From the IMG/VR virus record IMGVR_UViG_3300025277_002331, positions 1 to 64,000 of that record: DNA of 64,000 nucleotides; one strand, given 5' to 3'. This DNA comes from an uncultured virus (IMG/VR IMGVR_UViG_3300025277_002331) (taxonomy: Duplodnaviria; Heunggongvirae; Uroviricota; Caudoviricetes). Below are positions 45,600 through 55,153 of this stretch, piece after piece. Position 1 is the stretch's first letter. Each line of letters opens with the position of its first letter. Both the position numbers and the translations under genes were made by a program. Under the pieces are notes generated by a model that made no database searches, had not been told where the DNA came from, and saw nothing but the letters and a program-made list of their open reading frames with translations.

Positions 45600-46428
45600 C
45601 GGGTAGTTCGTCCCACTTTTTGATTAGATAGTGCTCGCCCCTTGCGTCTGCAAGCATGTGTATTTTTTCCATAATTGGCTTAACAATATTTCCACGCAAA
45701 AGTTTATAGGTTGTTGCGTTCATAAATAAACCACTGATACTATTTTCTTCTGGCCCTAGCGCCACAATTCTCAACATTTCTTCATTTAAGGCATGATTTA
45801 TTTTGAACAAAAAGTTTGAAGGAACAATATCTCCAGAAGAAAAGATTGCATAGTATCCATTCTTTGCTCTGGCAAAAGAAACGTCCAGACATCTGTCTGC
45901 GGTGGCTTCTCCATCCGCTATGCTAACAAAAAAGAACTTTATTTCTTTTGGCTGCAAGAGGTTTTGTAGATAATTGACAATCTCATATCTCTCTACATCA
46001 GCGCTGCAAGACACTATGATATAGTATGGATTTATCTCTTCTTGATTGACTATAGAGTCTATAGTTTTTTTCAGGTCTTCTATACTGTGACCTTTTGTCA
46101 TAAGAACATTGAATCCACATCGTATTAGGTTCTCTTGCCTTACTCTTTCTGTGGGATTCTTGTAGAAAGGCCTATGGTAGGTTCCGGTTTCTTTCCAAAA
46201 ATCGTTTCGATGACCATTGCAGAATCCCTTAACTATAAAGAATTCTTTTTCATCATTGTAAGCTTCTTCAACCTTAGTGCCGTTCTGTTTAAATTTTTCT
46301 ATCCTTCCAAGCTCGCAATCGGACTGGGTGTTACCAACAAACTTAGCAAAAACGCAATCAACGCACGCAGTTGTTATTTCAAAAGATTCACCCTCTTTAG
46401 TGCCGCTATTTGTAGTATCTTTACTCAT
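45562..46428 (-). CDS. Hypothetical protein (Cys-rich N-terminus, GT-like C-terminus)
   Basis: CVDCVF...C...C then degenerate GT-A-like region. Confidence 0.5.
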   Translation of the reverse strand: MSKDTTNSGTKEGESFEITTACVDCVFAKFVGNTQSDCELGRIEKFKQNGTKVEEAYNDEKEFFIVKGFCNGHRNDFWKETGTYHRPFYKNPTERVRQENLIRCGFNVLMTKGHSIEDLKKTIDSIVNQEEINPYYIIVSCSADVERYEIVNYLQNLLQPKEIKFFFVSIADGEATADRCLDVSFARAKNGYYAIFSSGDIVPSNFLFKINHALNEEMLRIVALGPEENSISGLFMNATTYKLLRGNIVKPIMEKIHMLADARGEHYLIKKWDELPDESKADSYSSNS

Positions 46429-46850
46429 GGCCTTTGAGCCTCCACAATCATATTAAATCCGCTTAGCCTTTTCTTTAAAATAGTCAAGCCCTTTTTTGAT
46501 AAAATTTCTGAAAGGTCAGATATTGAAATCTGGCTGGACCTGCCCTCGTGAATAATTTGATTAAACTCTTTTATAGAAAGAGAGGTGTGAGACACTGCTC
46601 TGCAAACTTCGAAAGCATCTACTCCACCTATTACTAACTTTCCACCATGTCTCAGTTTTTTAATCCAGCCATCTATTAGCTCTTCTATTTTTTCCATAGG
46701 AACAAAGTTAATTATATCTGTTGCTAATATTTCAACGGCTTCAGAATCGCTGACCATGTTGCCGAATGCAGCGATATCTCCTCCTTCAGCAGCGTTGATG
46801 TTTAGATATCCTGAGACATTACTAGGTTTTATAGTAAGATTTACCTTCAT
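46425..46850 (-). CDS. Truncated methyltransferase-like protein
   Basis: GYLNIN, WIKKLRHGGKL. Confidence 0.5.
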   Translation of the reverse strand: MKVNLTIKPSNVSGYLNINAAEGGDIAAFGNMVSDSEAVEILATDIINFVPMEKIEELIDGWIKKLRHGGKLVIGGVDAFEVCRAVSHTSLSIKEFNQIIHEGRSSQISISDLSEILSKKGLTILKKRLSGFNMIVEAQRP

Positions 46851-47890
46851 TATGCACCTGTATATACTGTTTGAGAAGCCTCTTCAAAAACTTCATTCCA
46901 CTCAGAAATAAACCTATCTACAGAGAACTTTGAAAGAATTGTATTTCTGGCTTCTTGTCCCATTGAAGAACGTATGGAATCTCCTTCATCTGAAAGAAGA
47001 AGTTCTAGGTAGTATTTCATCTCCTCTGAGGAGTTTGTAATAAAACCATTCACCCCATTCTCTATTATTTCTGGAACAACACAGGTTGCGGTAGAAACAA
47101 CGGCGCATCCACATGACATCGCCTCAAGGAGTGACATTGGAATTGGCGAAACCGTTGAGGTGTTGAGAAAAACCTTAGCGGTTCTGTAAGAAGAAACTAA
47201 GTCTTCGATAGAACTCGACGGCTCGGACATTCCGGGGTTGTCACCAACCAGCTTTATCGGCAGTCCATTGGTAACCTGTTCCCATAGGCTGTATCCTAGA
47301 CAGTAGTCTCTCTGCTTGTACTGGTTCGCCACAGATAGCACATGGTCTATCTTCTGGCAGCTTTCGTCTGGAGAAAATATCTCTGAATCTATCCCGTGGT
47401 AAATAGCCCTGCTGTCCTCTCTTTTGTCCCACTCCCATTCCTTCATGCTGTAATCAGATATAAAGACGTTTCTGCACCCGGTCATCTGGCTGAAGGACAA
47501 GAACTGTTCCTGTGGCCACCCGTCAGGAATCTTGTGGAGTGGAAGGGTATGTTCTAGGGTTACTATTGGAAGATGTAGAGACTTTGCCATGTTCTTAGAT
47601 AGTTCGAACTGTCCAAACTTGCTCTGAGAGAATATTAAATCGAAGTCTAAATGAAGAGGAACGCTTATGGAGTTTCCAGCAGCTTTATAAATATGATAAT
47701 TGTCTGGAATATCTCCGTGGTCAACATTCCAGTCTTTCATTGTGTCGTTAGTCAGCGCATAAAAGTTATGTCCCGTTTTTGACAGGGTGGTTTCATACCT
47801 TTCATGCGTAGGAAAGGTTAGTATATTAAGAGGCTCGCCCGATTCTCGGGTAGCCGCCCTAGATATAGCAGACATAGGGCTAGCTGGCAT
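46850..47890 (-). CDS. GT4 glycosyltransferase
   Basis: IYHGID, PMSLLEAMSCG, IIENGVNG. Confidence 0.85.
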   Translation of the reverse strand: MPASPMSAISRAATRESGEPLNILTFPTHERYETTLSKTGHNFYALTNDTMKDWNVDHGDIPDNYHIYKAAGNSISVPLHLDFDLIFSQSKFGQFELSKNMAKSLHLPIVTLEHTLPLHKIPDGWPQEQFLSFSQMTGCRNVFISDYSMKEWEWDKREDSRAIYHGIDSEIFSPDESCQKIDHVLSVANQYKQRDYCLGYSLWEQVTNGLPIKLVGDNPGMSEPSSSIEDLVSSYRTAKVFLNTSTVSPIPMSLLEAMSCGCAVVSTATCVVPEIIENGVNGFITNSSEEMKYYLELLLSDEGDSIRSSMGQEARNTILSKFSVDRFISEWNEVFEEASQTVYTGA

Positions 47891-49010
47891 TCTCCAACCT
47901 TTCTTTAATTAGGCTTCCGATGTTTTCATAAGAATAGTTATATGAATCTTTTCTACAAATGTTTCTTTTGTGTTCATATACATTCTTGTTTGTATTTTTT
48001 AGAGTGTACACATGTCTCATTGAAGTTTGCAGAAGTCTTATGTTAACATTGACCCAGTCTTCTTGTCCAGTACATATGTCTTGAAAAGTATCCACCATTC
48101 CGAACACTGGCTCTGGACTTCCGTCAACAAGAATTCCACCATCTTGAACAAAGTCTGCCATACCGCCAACGTTTGTACAAATAGGAGTATTGCCAAATCC
48201 CATCGCGTCAAATGCCGGTATGCACCAAGCCTCTCCAAAACTTGGCATTACAAAACAGTCCATTGAAGAATGAAGCTTAAGCATCTCTTCATCTGTTAGG
48301 TATTGTGTTAAAACAACTTCTTTCTTATAGTCCTTAGTGTCCTTATACAGCTTTAGATTTCTTTTTACCTGTTCGCAAATTTCTTGTATGTGCAAGAATA
48401 GAGACTCTGGAGTTTCTCCAAACTTGTTTGCTTTTATAACTAAAGATACTGGTTCATTAGGAGAAAATTCCAAATGAAATGCTTTAACTAATGCTGCAAG
48501 ATTTTTTCTTCTAGTCACTTCTCCAATAAAGTAGAAGCAAAATGTATTTTCGGTTGTTTCTACATTAAGCCTATCATAACTACTTTCATATCTAGAAACA
48601 TCGCAAGGGATAGGGATTACTGATAACGGTATATTTATGCCGCTGTTTTTAGAAGCTGTTATATTATGATTACAACACACCCAAGCTTCATCAAGCTGAT
48701 TTATTCTATTGGGCCAAATGGAATGAGCGCAAGAAGAGGTCTCTATAAAATAAAGCGCTATATTTTTCTTAAACCTTCCATTGTAATCCATGTGGTGTGG
48801 TAAAACATTCTGTATGCATACGTCGGACCCAGAAGAACTTTTGTTTTCAAGTTCAAGTATTCTTTCTGGAAGGTCTACGTTTCTAGAGTTAAGCTTTATT
48901 GGTCTACAAACAACATCTATTCCGGCAGAATCCATTGACAGAATATAGTCTATAGCTGCATTTCCCCAGCCAGTTCCTTCTCTATAGTGTCCTACGAATA
49001 ATACCTTCAT
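47880..49010 (-). CDS. GT4 glycosyltransferase
   Basis: RKNL, DCFVMPSFGEAWCIPAFDAM. Confidence 0.85.
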   Translation of the reverse strand: MKVLFVGHYREGTGWGNAAIDYILSMDSAGIDVVCRPIKLNSRNVDLPERILELENKSSSGSDVCIQNVLPHHMDYNGRFKKNIALYFIETSSCAHSIWPNRINQLDEAWVCCNHNITASKNSGINIPLSVIPIPCDVSRYESSYDRLNVETTENTFCFYFIGEVTRRKNLAALVKAFHLEFSPNEPVSLVIKANKFGETPESLFLHIQEICEQVKRNLKLYKDTKDYKKEVVLTQYLTDEEMLKLHSSMDCFVMPSFGEAWCIPAFDAMGFGNTPICTNVGGMADFVQDGGILVDGSPEPVFGMVDTFQDICTGQEDWVNVNIRLLQTSMRHVYTLKNTNKNVYEHKRNICRKDSYNYSYENIGSLIKERLENAS

Positions 49011-50665
49011 AACAGAACCTTATGCCTCATTTTCTCCCAATAGTTTCTTCTATTGCACAACTCTAGCATGTGCTTGTAAGCGTCGTGTGGATTAAATACC
49101 ATAGTCTTGGGAGCCGAATCTAAAAGGGAGTTTTCATTATAGTATATTCCTCCCATTCCTTCTGTAGTCTGTCCATAGTTCAGGTCTCTGACAAGCCTAG
49201 AAGACATATAGGAGTTTAGCTTTTCTGGTTCCCCCAAGACATTTATTATAAGCCAGTCCACTAAATTTTTGTTGTCCATACCCTCTGGGTATCTGTCGCT
49301 GGGTAAGTGAATTCTTGGCGGTGATTTCCAAGTCTCAGATTCGGGCAGAATTTCTACAGAATCAAATCTTTGTTCCCATTTATCAGCTGTTTGGTTCCAT
49401 TGATAATGTTCTTCAAAAAGCTTCCTTGACTCAAATCCCTTTTTCATACGCATTGCCTGTGGCAAATCAAAAAACTCTACGAACTTTTGAGCAGTGTGTT
49501 CATTATCAGGAACCGCTCTCATGCATCCAGTTTCTAACTCTTTGTAGAGAGTTTTCGGCTTGAGAGGAGTTCCTCCGAGTTTTCTTATGACGCTGCTCAT
49601 AGCAGAGTAGTCGACACTCATGACTGGAACTCCACAGGCGGCGGCTTCTACTTGCGGCAATCCAAACCCCTCACTGTTTGCATATTGTACATACAGGTCA
49701 AAGCAATTAACTATTGAAGAAAGTATCTCTACTGGTACGCCGTTTCTAACATTGGAAAGCTTTGCAGAGAATTTATTGCATTTTTTGCACTGAGAGATTG
49801 CATCTTTAAAGAAGTCTGGGAACACATAGCCGCATTCGCTACAAATATATGTAAACAGGCATTTACTTGCCACCCCACACTTCATCATTATTTCTGGCAA
49901 GTCCCAGCCGAGGTCGGGGTAGCTGGTGTGGCAATACAAATAGACATCGGTTCTTCCACTCTTGTCTAAGAACATTCTGAATGCTTCAAAAAGGTCTGGA
50001 TACAGTTTGCGTCTTTGGTTTCGCATAACTGTTCCAATTATTTTTACACCGTCTTCAAATCCAAGACTTCTTTTGTGAGCCTCTTTATCTTGCACTGGAG
50101 AGTAAGATGAATCTGCGGAGGGTGGAGCGCTTCCAAGGCAGTTTATAGCTGCTCCGCTTTGTTCTTTGAGAGAAGACAGTGCCCAATCAGAATAGGTAAA
50201 CACACCATCGGCATTAGCATAAGTATGAATCCACTGCTTGTGTTGAGGAGCGGCATCAACCGTTGGCATTATGGTCCAGTTATAGAACTTTCTAAACGGA
50301 GACCTTTCCTGAAACTCCATCATCCAAAAGTCACGTATGTCACATACTATATCTGGTTTAAAATCCAGACATATCGATTCAAATTTCCAAGCACCAAACT
50401 GGTTTATATTGTTTGAGTTGTATTCTTCAACAGCTTTTGTATTATTTATGTCCGGTATATTTGGATAGAATTTCCAAGGAACATCTTTAATTTCAGGCTC
50501 CTCTGGCTTACCATAGGTTCCAAGTTCTGCTATATCATACTTGCCAGTTGCATGAAGCCTACGCAAAACCTCTCTGGTATACGTAGCGTAGCCAGTGCTT
50601 AGATAGGAAGCCTCCCCACAGAAAAGGATTCTTCTCTTTCTTGTTAAGTTCTGTGAACCAACCAT
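49007..50665 (-). CDS. GT4 glycosyltransferase with inserted Zn-ribbon
   Basis: TGYA, RNQRRK, CSECG..CKKC, EGFGLPQVEAAACG. Confidence 0.85.
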   Translation of the reverse strand: MVGSQNLTRKRRILFCGEASYLSTGYATYTREVLRRLHATGKYDIAELGTYGKPEEPEIKDVPWKFYPNIPDINNTKAVEEYNSNNINQFGAWKFESICLDFKPDIVCDIRDFWMMEFQERSPFRKFYNWTIMPTVDAAPQHKQWIHTYANADGVFTYSDWALSSLKEQSGAAINCLGSAPPSADSSYSPVQDKEAHKRSLGFEDGVKIIGTVMRNQRRKLYPDLFEAFRMFLDKSGRTDVYLYCHTSYPDLGWDLPEIMMKCGVASKCLFTYICSECGYVFPDFFKDAISQCKKCNKFSAKLSNVRNGVPVEILSSIVNCFDLYVQYANSEGFGLPQVEAAACGVPVMSVDYSAMSSVIRKLGGTPLKPKTLYKELETGCMRAVPDNEHTAQKFVEFFDLPQAMRMKKGFESRKLFEEHYQWNQTADKWEQRFDSVEILPESETWKSPPRIHLPSDRYPEGMDNKNLVDWLIINVLGEPEKLNSYMSSRLVRDLNYGQTTEGMGGIYYNENSLLDSAPKTMVFNPHDAYKHMLELCNRRNYWEKMRHKVLL

Positions 50666-51139
50666 CTATCCCAAATCTTTCCTGAGTTTAATTAGGATTG
50701 TTTTCATTGAAGATTTTATATAATTTCTAGAGAGTTCCATATTGTCTGAAATCTCTCTATAAGAGTTGTTACCAAGTCTAAGCTTAAGTATAGATTTTTC
50801 TTCTTCTGACAAAGAGTCGGTTAGAGTATCCCAGTCTATGCTCTTCTCTGGAACCTCTATATCTTCAAGGGGAACTTTCTTTACGTTATGCTTCTTGTTC
50901 TTGTTTATATACTTAATTATTTCATTTCTTATGCATGTTGTGGCATAAGTTGAAAGCTTGCTTCTTTTAGGGTCGTGCTTTCTTATTGCTTTGAGAAGGC
51001 CAATAAGTCCAGATTGTATATAGTCCTCTAAATCTGAAGACCTTGAAGAACAAAAGGCTAAAGCCTGAGAAACAACAAGGCCATAGTTATCCATGACCTG
51101 TTGCTGTTCAGACTTTAGCCCAACATTGTTCTCTTCCAT
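50666..51139 (-). CDS. Phage sigma-70-type RNA polymerase sigma factor
   Basis: Region 2 (EDYIQSGLIGLLKAIRKHDP..KLSTYA..CIRNEI) and region 4 HTH (LSEEEK..SYREIS). Confidence 0.85.
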   Translation of the reverse strand: MEENNVGLKSEQQQVMDNYGLVVSQALAFCSSRSSDLEDYIQSGLIGLLKAIRKHDPKRSKLSTYATTCIRNEIIKYINKNKKHNVKKVPLEDIEVPEKSIDWDTLTDSLSEEEKSILKLRLGNNSYREISDNMELSRNYIKSSMKTILIKLRKDLG

Positions 51140-51140
51140 A

Positions 51141-51530
51141 TTACACTGTAGCTTCTTCAGTCTCCGATTCTGCGCGTACTGAAGAATCCTCTTCGTAATC
51201 TTCGTCAGAATTTCGAAAGCTGTTAATTAAATCGAACTTGTTAACACGAAATTTAATGGTGTGCCTTTTGTTGCCACTGTCGTCGTTCCATCTTTCCTGC
51301 CTTGCGGAGCAGGTTACAGCAATCTTGTCTCCTTTAAGGCAATACTTTGCAATAGTTGAAGCGCCGCTATCCCAAGCTACAAAATCTAGAAAGTCCACAG
51401 TTTTAACTTTGCCTTCCTTGGTCTTTCTATACTCTGGGATAGCCAAGGTAAAATCTAAAACGTCTACGCCATTTGCCTTGCGGACCTCCGGGTCTTTCAC
51501 AAAGCGTCCTACAAAACTGCAAGAGTTCAT
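51141..51530 (-). CDS. ssb: Single-stranded DNA-binding protein
   Basis: VGRFVKDPE, DFLDFVAW, KGD, acidic tail; SD aggaga. Confidence 0.88.
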   Translation of the reverse strand: MNSCSFVGRFVKDPEVRKANGVDVLDFTLAIPEYRKTKEGKVKTVDFLDFVAWDSGASTIAKYCLKGDKIAVTCSARQERWNDDSGNKRHTIKFRVNKFDLINSFRNSDEDYEEDSSVRAESETEEATV

Positions 51531-51542
51531 TCCAAAATCTCC

Positions 51543-52106
51543 TTAGAGCGGAATCGTGTCCAGTAACCGATATCCTTCGAGGACATCTTCTTCTATTGCC
51601 CCAGACGCCAAATCTGTCTCCTCATCTTCTATTTTTAGAAACATAAAGCCAGCAAGTTTTGATTCCTTCCGCCCATCCTCCTTCGATAGGCTGGGTTTAA
51701 ATATATTATACAGCGAGAACGTGGTTTCCCCCAGTCCCTTTTCGTTTAGCAGAAATATAATCTCTGGTGAAAGTTTTATACTTTTAGTTTTATAGTATAT
51801 GTCATAATATGCTAGAGTCCTTGCGGCATATCTAGGACACGGAATAAAAACGTTAGTTTCAAGAGTTTGGCTTTCTTCCTCTGGGGCGTGAGAAGGGAAG
51901 CTTGTGGCAACATAACTTATTCCAGATGTATCATAAGCCTCATTTAATTCTTCAAAACAATACACACTAGTTAGTCCATCAAAGACGGGCTTTACGCAGG
52001 TTCTTTGTGGATATTCTACTAGACATGCATTTGCGTCTATATCAGGATAGACCGATACAAAATATTTGTGACTTTTGAAGAAGTCGTATATTGATTCAGA
52101 ACACAT
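51543..52106 (-). CDS. Hypothetical protein
   Basis: 187 aa ORF filling the gap between dnaE-C and ssb on the operon strand. Confidence 0.55.
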   Translation of the reverse strand: MCSESIYDFFKSHKYFVSVYPDIDANACLVEYPQRTCVKPVFDGLTSVYCFEELNEAYDTSGISYVATSFPSHAPEEESQTLETNVFIPCPRYAARTLAYYDIYYKTKSIKLSPEIIFLLNEKGLGETTFSLYNIFKPSLSKEDGRKESKLAGFMFLKIEDEETDLASGAIEEDVLEGYRLLDTIPL

Positions 52107-52130
52107 TTTATGTTATAAAGTATCATGTAT

Positions 52131-53783
52131 TCAAATTTGAGAAACCCTTTGAACAATAAAGCTATCCTTCTTTTTTGACCGCTCTCCTATGATAAGAACA
52201 GTATTTCCTTTAACAAGCAACTCTTTGTTTTCTTCCCAAGTTTCTGGGAAGGCTATCACTGAAGAAAGCTCGCAGGAGTTGTCCTCAACGGTTATGAAAG
52301 CCATCTTTTTATTTTTCATCTTGCCATTTTTTATAGCCCACTCTCTACAAGATTTTACTTCGACAGCTAGAGACATCTTTCCCGGCTTTCCATCGATGAA
52401 CTCCTTGCAAGTGCCATTTGACATGCTCGTATCACATGAGTCTATCTTGGAATACGTAATAGAGACACCCAGAAGCCTGTCTTCCTCATTGGCGATGTCG
52501 TTTGGAAAATCTTTTAGTTCATACGGGGGGTTTTTCAGTTGGTAGACGAGGTCTTTGACTATTTCACATCTGTTTTTATTAGATGTTCCGCCGCCATCTT
52601 TTTTGGTGGGAGTCAATGCCTTTAGTGCGTCAAGAACATTGTCCCAGTTTTTGTATCTTTCTTTAACCCAGTCTTTTTCTTTGGTCGTAAGTTTTTGCCA
52701 AGTTTCAAATTCATATAGAGTTCTGCTTCTTGACTTGTGGTCTGGAAAAAACGATAAAGCACCAACCAATATTAAGGAAGAAATTACTTTGGTTGTGTTC
52801 AATCCCGAAACATTAATCAAAAATTCATACCAAGTCCAGTCGGACATCTCTTTGCCAAATACCTGCTCTTGTTCTCTGATAGAGTTGAACAGCTTTTTGG
52901 CTTGGCTTTCGCCTATATATTTTATATCTTTAAATCCAAAGGTTATTAACCCATCTCTAATTTCAAAGCTCTCAGACATATGTTTTATAGAGGGGGTGGT
53001 GACTGTTATTTCGTTTAGTTTTGCATCAGAAATTAGCTCTCTAATTTCCTCTTGGGAATCTGGCTTTCCTCTAGCGTAGTATAGGTAATTGCAGTAAAAA
53101 TTGAGGGGAAAATGTGCCTTAGCGTAAGCAGACCAATAACCACAAACAGCATAACTAACAGCATGGGACTTATTAAAAGCATACCGATTCGATTTTTCAA
53201 TCCAACTGAATATCTCCTCCGCAATTTCTGTAGATACAACACCCTTTTTTTTCGCCCCCTTTAAAAACTTTTTCTTAATGTCTGCCATGAGGTCGGCTTT
53301 TTTCTTGCCGATTGCTTTGCGCAGATTGTCTGCCTCTTGGAGATTAAAGCCCGCTATGACTTCCACAATCTTCATTGATTGCTCTTGATATACCAGAACC
53401 CCTTGGGTTGACTTCAGTATCGGCTCTAAGGAGTCGTGTAGATAGCTTATTTCCTCTTCGCCGTGTTTACGGTCAACATAATGCTGCGTCATGGACTTGC
53501 CGTCCACGATTGCCTTTAAGCATCCCGGTCTCAGAAGAGCAGACAAAGCGGCCAGTTCTTCTATGCTCTTTGGCTTTACTCTTTTTGCCCAAGACTGACC
53601 TAAATTACTTTCAAGCTGAAAAACACCTTTTGTTTTGCCTTCACAGATTATGTCCCAAGTTTTGGAACACGAGTAGTCAATTTTAGATATATCAATATCT
53701 ATACTTGGAGTACTATTATTTCCAGAGGGAGAGCGGTCCTTTAATTTAAACTTGCATCCACATTTAAATGTAAGATTTTCCAT
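52131..53783 (-). CDS. dnaE: DNA polymerase III alpha subunit, C-terminal part (fingers, HhH, OB)
   Basis: GVFQLES, ALLRPG, GVLVYQEQ, LRKAIGKK, YAFNKSHA, OB-fold MAFITVED. Confidence 0.9.
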   Translation of the reverse strand: MENLTFKCGCKFKLKDRSPSGNNSTPSIDIDISKIDYSCSKTWDIICEGKTKGVFQLESNLGQSWAKRVKPKSIEELAALSALLRPGCLKAIVDGKSMTQHYVDRKHGEEEISYLHDSLEPILKSTQGVLVYQEQSMKIVEVIAGFNLQEADNLRKAIGKKKADLMADIKKKFLKGAKKKGVVSTEIAEEIFSWIEKSNRYAFNKSHAVSYAVCGYWSAYAKAHFPLNFYCNYLYYARGKPDSQEEIRELISDAKLNEITVTTPSIKHMSESFEIRDGLITFGFKDIKYIGESQAKKLFNSIREQEQVFGKEMSDWTWYEFLINVSGLNTTKVISSLILVGALSFFPDHKSRSRTLYEFETWQKLTTKEKDWVKERYKNWDNVLDALKALTPTKKDGGGTSNKNRCEIVKDLVYQLKNPPYELKDFPNDIANEEDRLLGVSITYSKIDSCDTSMSNGTCKEFIDGKPGKMSLAVEVKSCREWAIKNGKMKNKKMAFITVEDNSCELSSVIAFPETWEENKELLVKGNTVLIIGERSKKKDSFIVQRVSQI

Positions 53784-54447
53784 CTGCAAAAGCCTTTTCA
53801 AATTGTGTTTTAGGTGCTAACGCCCTGTGAAACTTCAAAAATCTTATCATTATATTTGCAGTATCTTTAACATCCTTTAGAGCATCATGGGAACCCTCTT
53901 TATCTATCCCCATATAGTCTCTCATTGAATCCATGCTTATAGACTTTACGTCTGGATTATTTTCCATCCAAACCCAAACTAGGTCCATTACGTCTAGTTT
54001 GTATGCTTTATTAAAGAGTTTTTGCCCGCCAGTTTTATCATCTCTAGGACCATATTGCTGACACATTCTATTAACTATTGGCATATCAAAGCCGTTTATG
54101 TTATACCCAGCAGGTATTGGCGCATAGAAAGAAGTTTTTTTAAAGTTGTACTTATTAACAAAATCTGAGAACTTCCCCCACACCTGTTTGGGATGGGGGG
54201 CTTTGGCCAAAGACTCCCTGTCCTTGTGTGTGATTGCCAGAGCCTCTTCCTCTAGGGGGTCAAGACCAGATTCAATAGCTTCGTCATCGTCAATTATGGG
54301 TCTGATTTCACTATTGAAATATCCACCCGGTTGTACGGTTAGCTTTCTTCCATGAATAGCTACCGCAGCTATTTGTGTAGGCTGTGTCTTGTGTGGGTTT
54401 CTGCTTCCTGTTTCAAAATCAAAAACAATTATGTCTCTGTAATTCAT
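53764..54447 (-). CDS. DEDDh 3'-5' exonuclease (DnaQ/epsilon-like)
   Basis: FDFETG, GYNINGFD, HDALKD. Confidence 0.85.
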   Translation of the reverse strand: MNYRDIIVFDFETGSRNPHKTQPTQIAAVAIHGRKLTVQPGGYFNSEIRPIIDDDEAIESGLDPLEEEALAITHKDRESLAKAPHPKQVWGKFSDFVNKYNFKKTSFYAPIPAGYNINGFDMPIVNRMCQQYGPRDDKTGGQKLFNKAYKLDVMDLVWVWMENNPDVKSISMDSMRDYMGIDKEGSHDALKDVKDTANIMIRFLKFHRALAPKTQFEKAFADGKSYI

Positions 54448-54929
54448 AGCAGTCCTTTTATTAGGGCTTTCAATCCGTCTTCTTCTAAATCATCCATTCT
54501 AATAAATAATGGTCCCAGTATGTCTTCCTTTTTGTATATGTACAAAGCGGCGTTGTTGTCTCCACCGTATACAACCTCTTTAAACGGAGGAACTTCTTCC
54601 AAGAAGTCCTTTAGGGATTCTGATTTTACTACCCACGAATTTAGATTATTGCCAGCCCCAAGAACGTAAACCCATAAGTCGGCTTTCGTGGCGGTTATCC
54701 CGCTTGGGCGGTCCACTTTTGTGTTGTGGTGTTCTATAGCTATATTGCCAGTTTCTTCCGCCTTATAGTCGTACTTTACTTCTATAGTAAAGCCCCTTCT
54801 TCCAACTTTGCACTCTAAGTCGTAGTCGTATCTCTTTTCGTAGTCGTCATTTTTGGAACACTTTATTCCACAACTTTCTAATACGCTTTTAGCAAAGTCT
54901 TCTCCAATTCTACCTTTGCTAAAACTCAT
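54444..54929 (-). CDS. PD-(D/E)xK nuclease-like protein
   Basis: GRIGE, YDL, IEVKYD, TGNIAIE, SGITATKAD. Confidence 0.7.
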   Translation of the reverse strand: MSFSKGRIGEDFAKSVLESCGIKCSKNDDYEKRYDYDLECKVGRRGFTIEVKYDYKAEETGNIAIEHHNTKVDRPSGITATKADLWVYVLGAGNNLNSWVVKSESLKDFLEEVPPFKEVVYGGDNNAALYIYKKEDILGPLFIRMDDLEEDGLKALIKGLL

Positions 54930-55150
54930 TATATTTTCCTCTTGAGTTCTAAGAACTTAGTCACAGCTTTGTCTAAGCTCTTATACAACTCGCTATGCTT
55001 AACCTTTGGATGTTCACAATCAACTTGATAAATTTTACCGTCAAAATATCCTTTATAATAATCACTGAGAATGCATATGCTCAGTTGCTTATACTCGACA
55101 GCGCATCCGTCTTGGATAATCTTTTTGTATAGTTGCTTATTGGAAACCAT
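54929..55150 (-). CDS. Hypothetical protein
   Basis: 73 aa ORF tightly coupled to neighbours. Confidence 0.55.
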   Translation of the reverse strand: MVSNKQLYKKIIQDGCAVEYKQLSICILSDYYKGYFDGKIYQVDCEHPKVKHSELYKSLDKAVTKFLELKRKI

Positions 55151-55153
55151 TAA

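Noticed and set aside
28900..50665. Cellular O-antigen or capsule locus
   Set aside because: No flippase, polymerase, chain-length regulator or initiating transferase; continuous with phage-type replication genes and convergent with tail genes.
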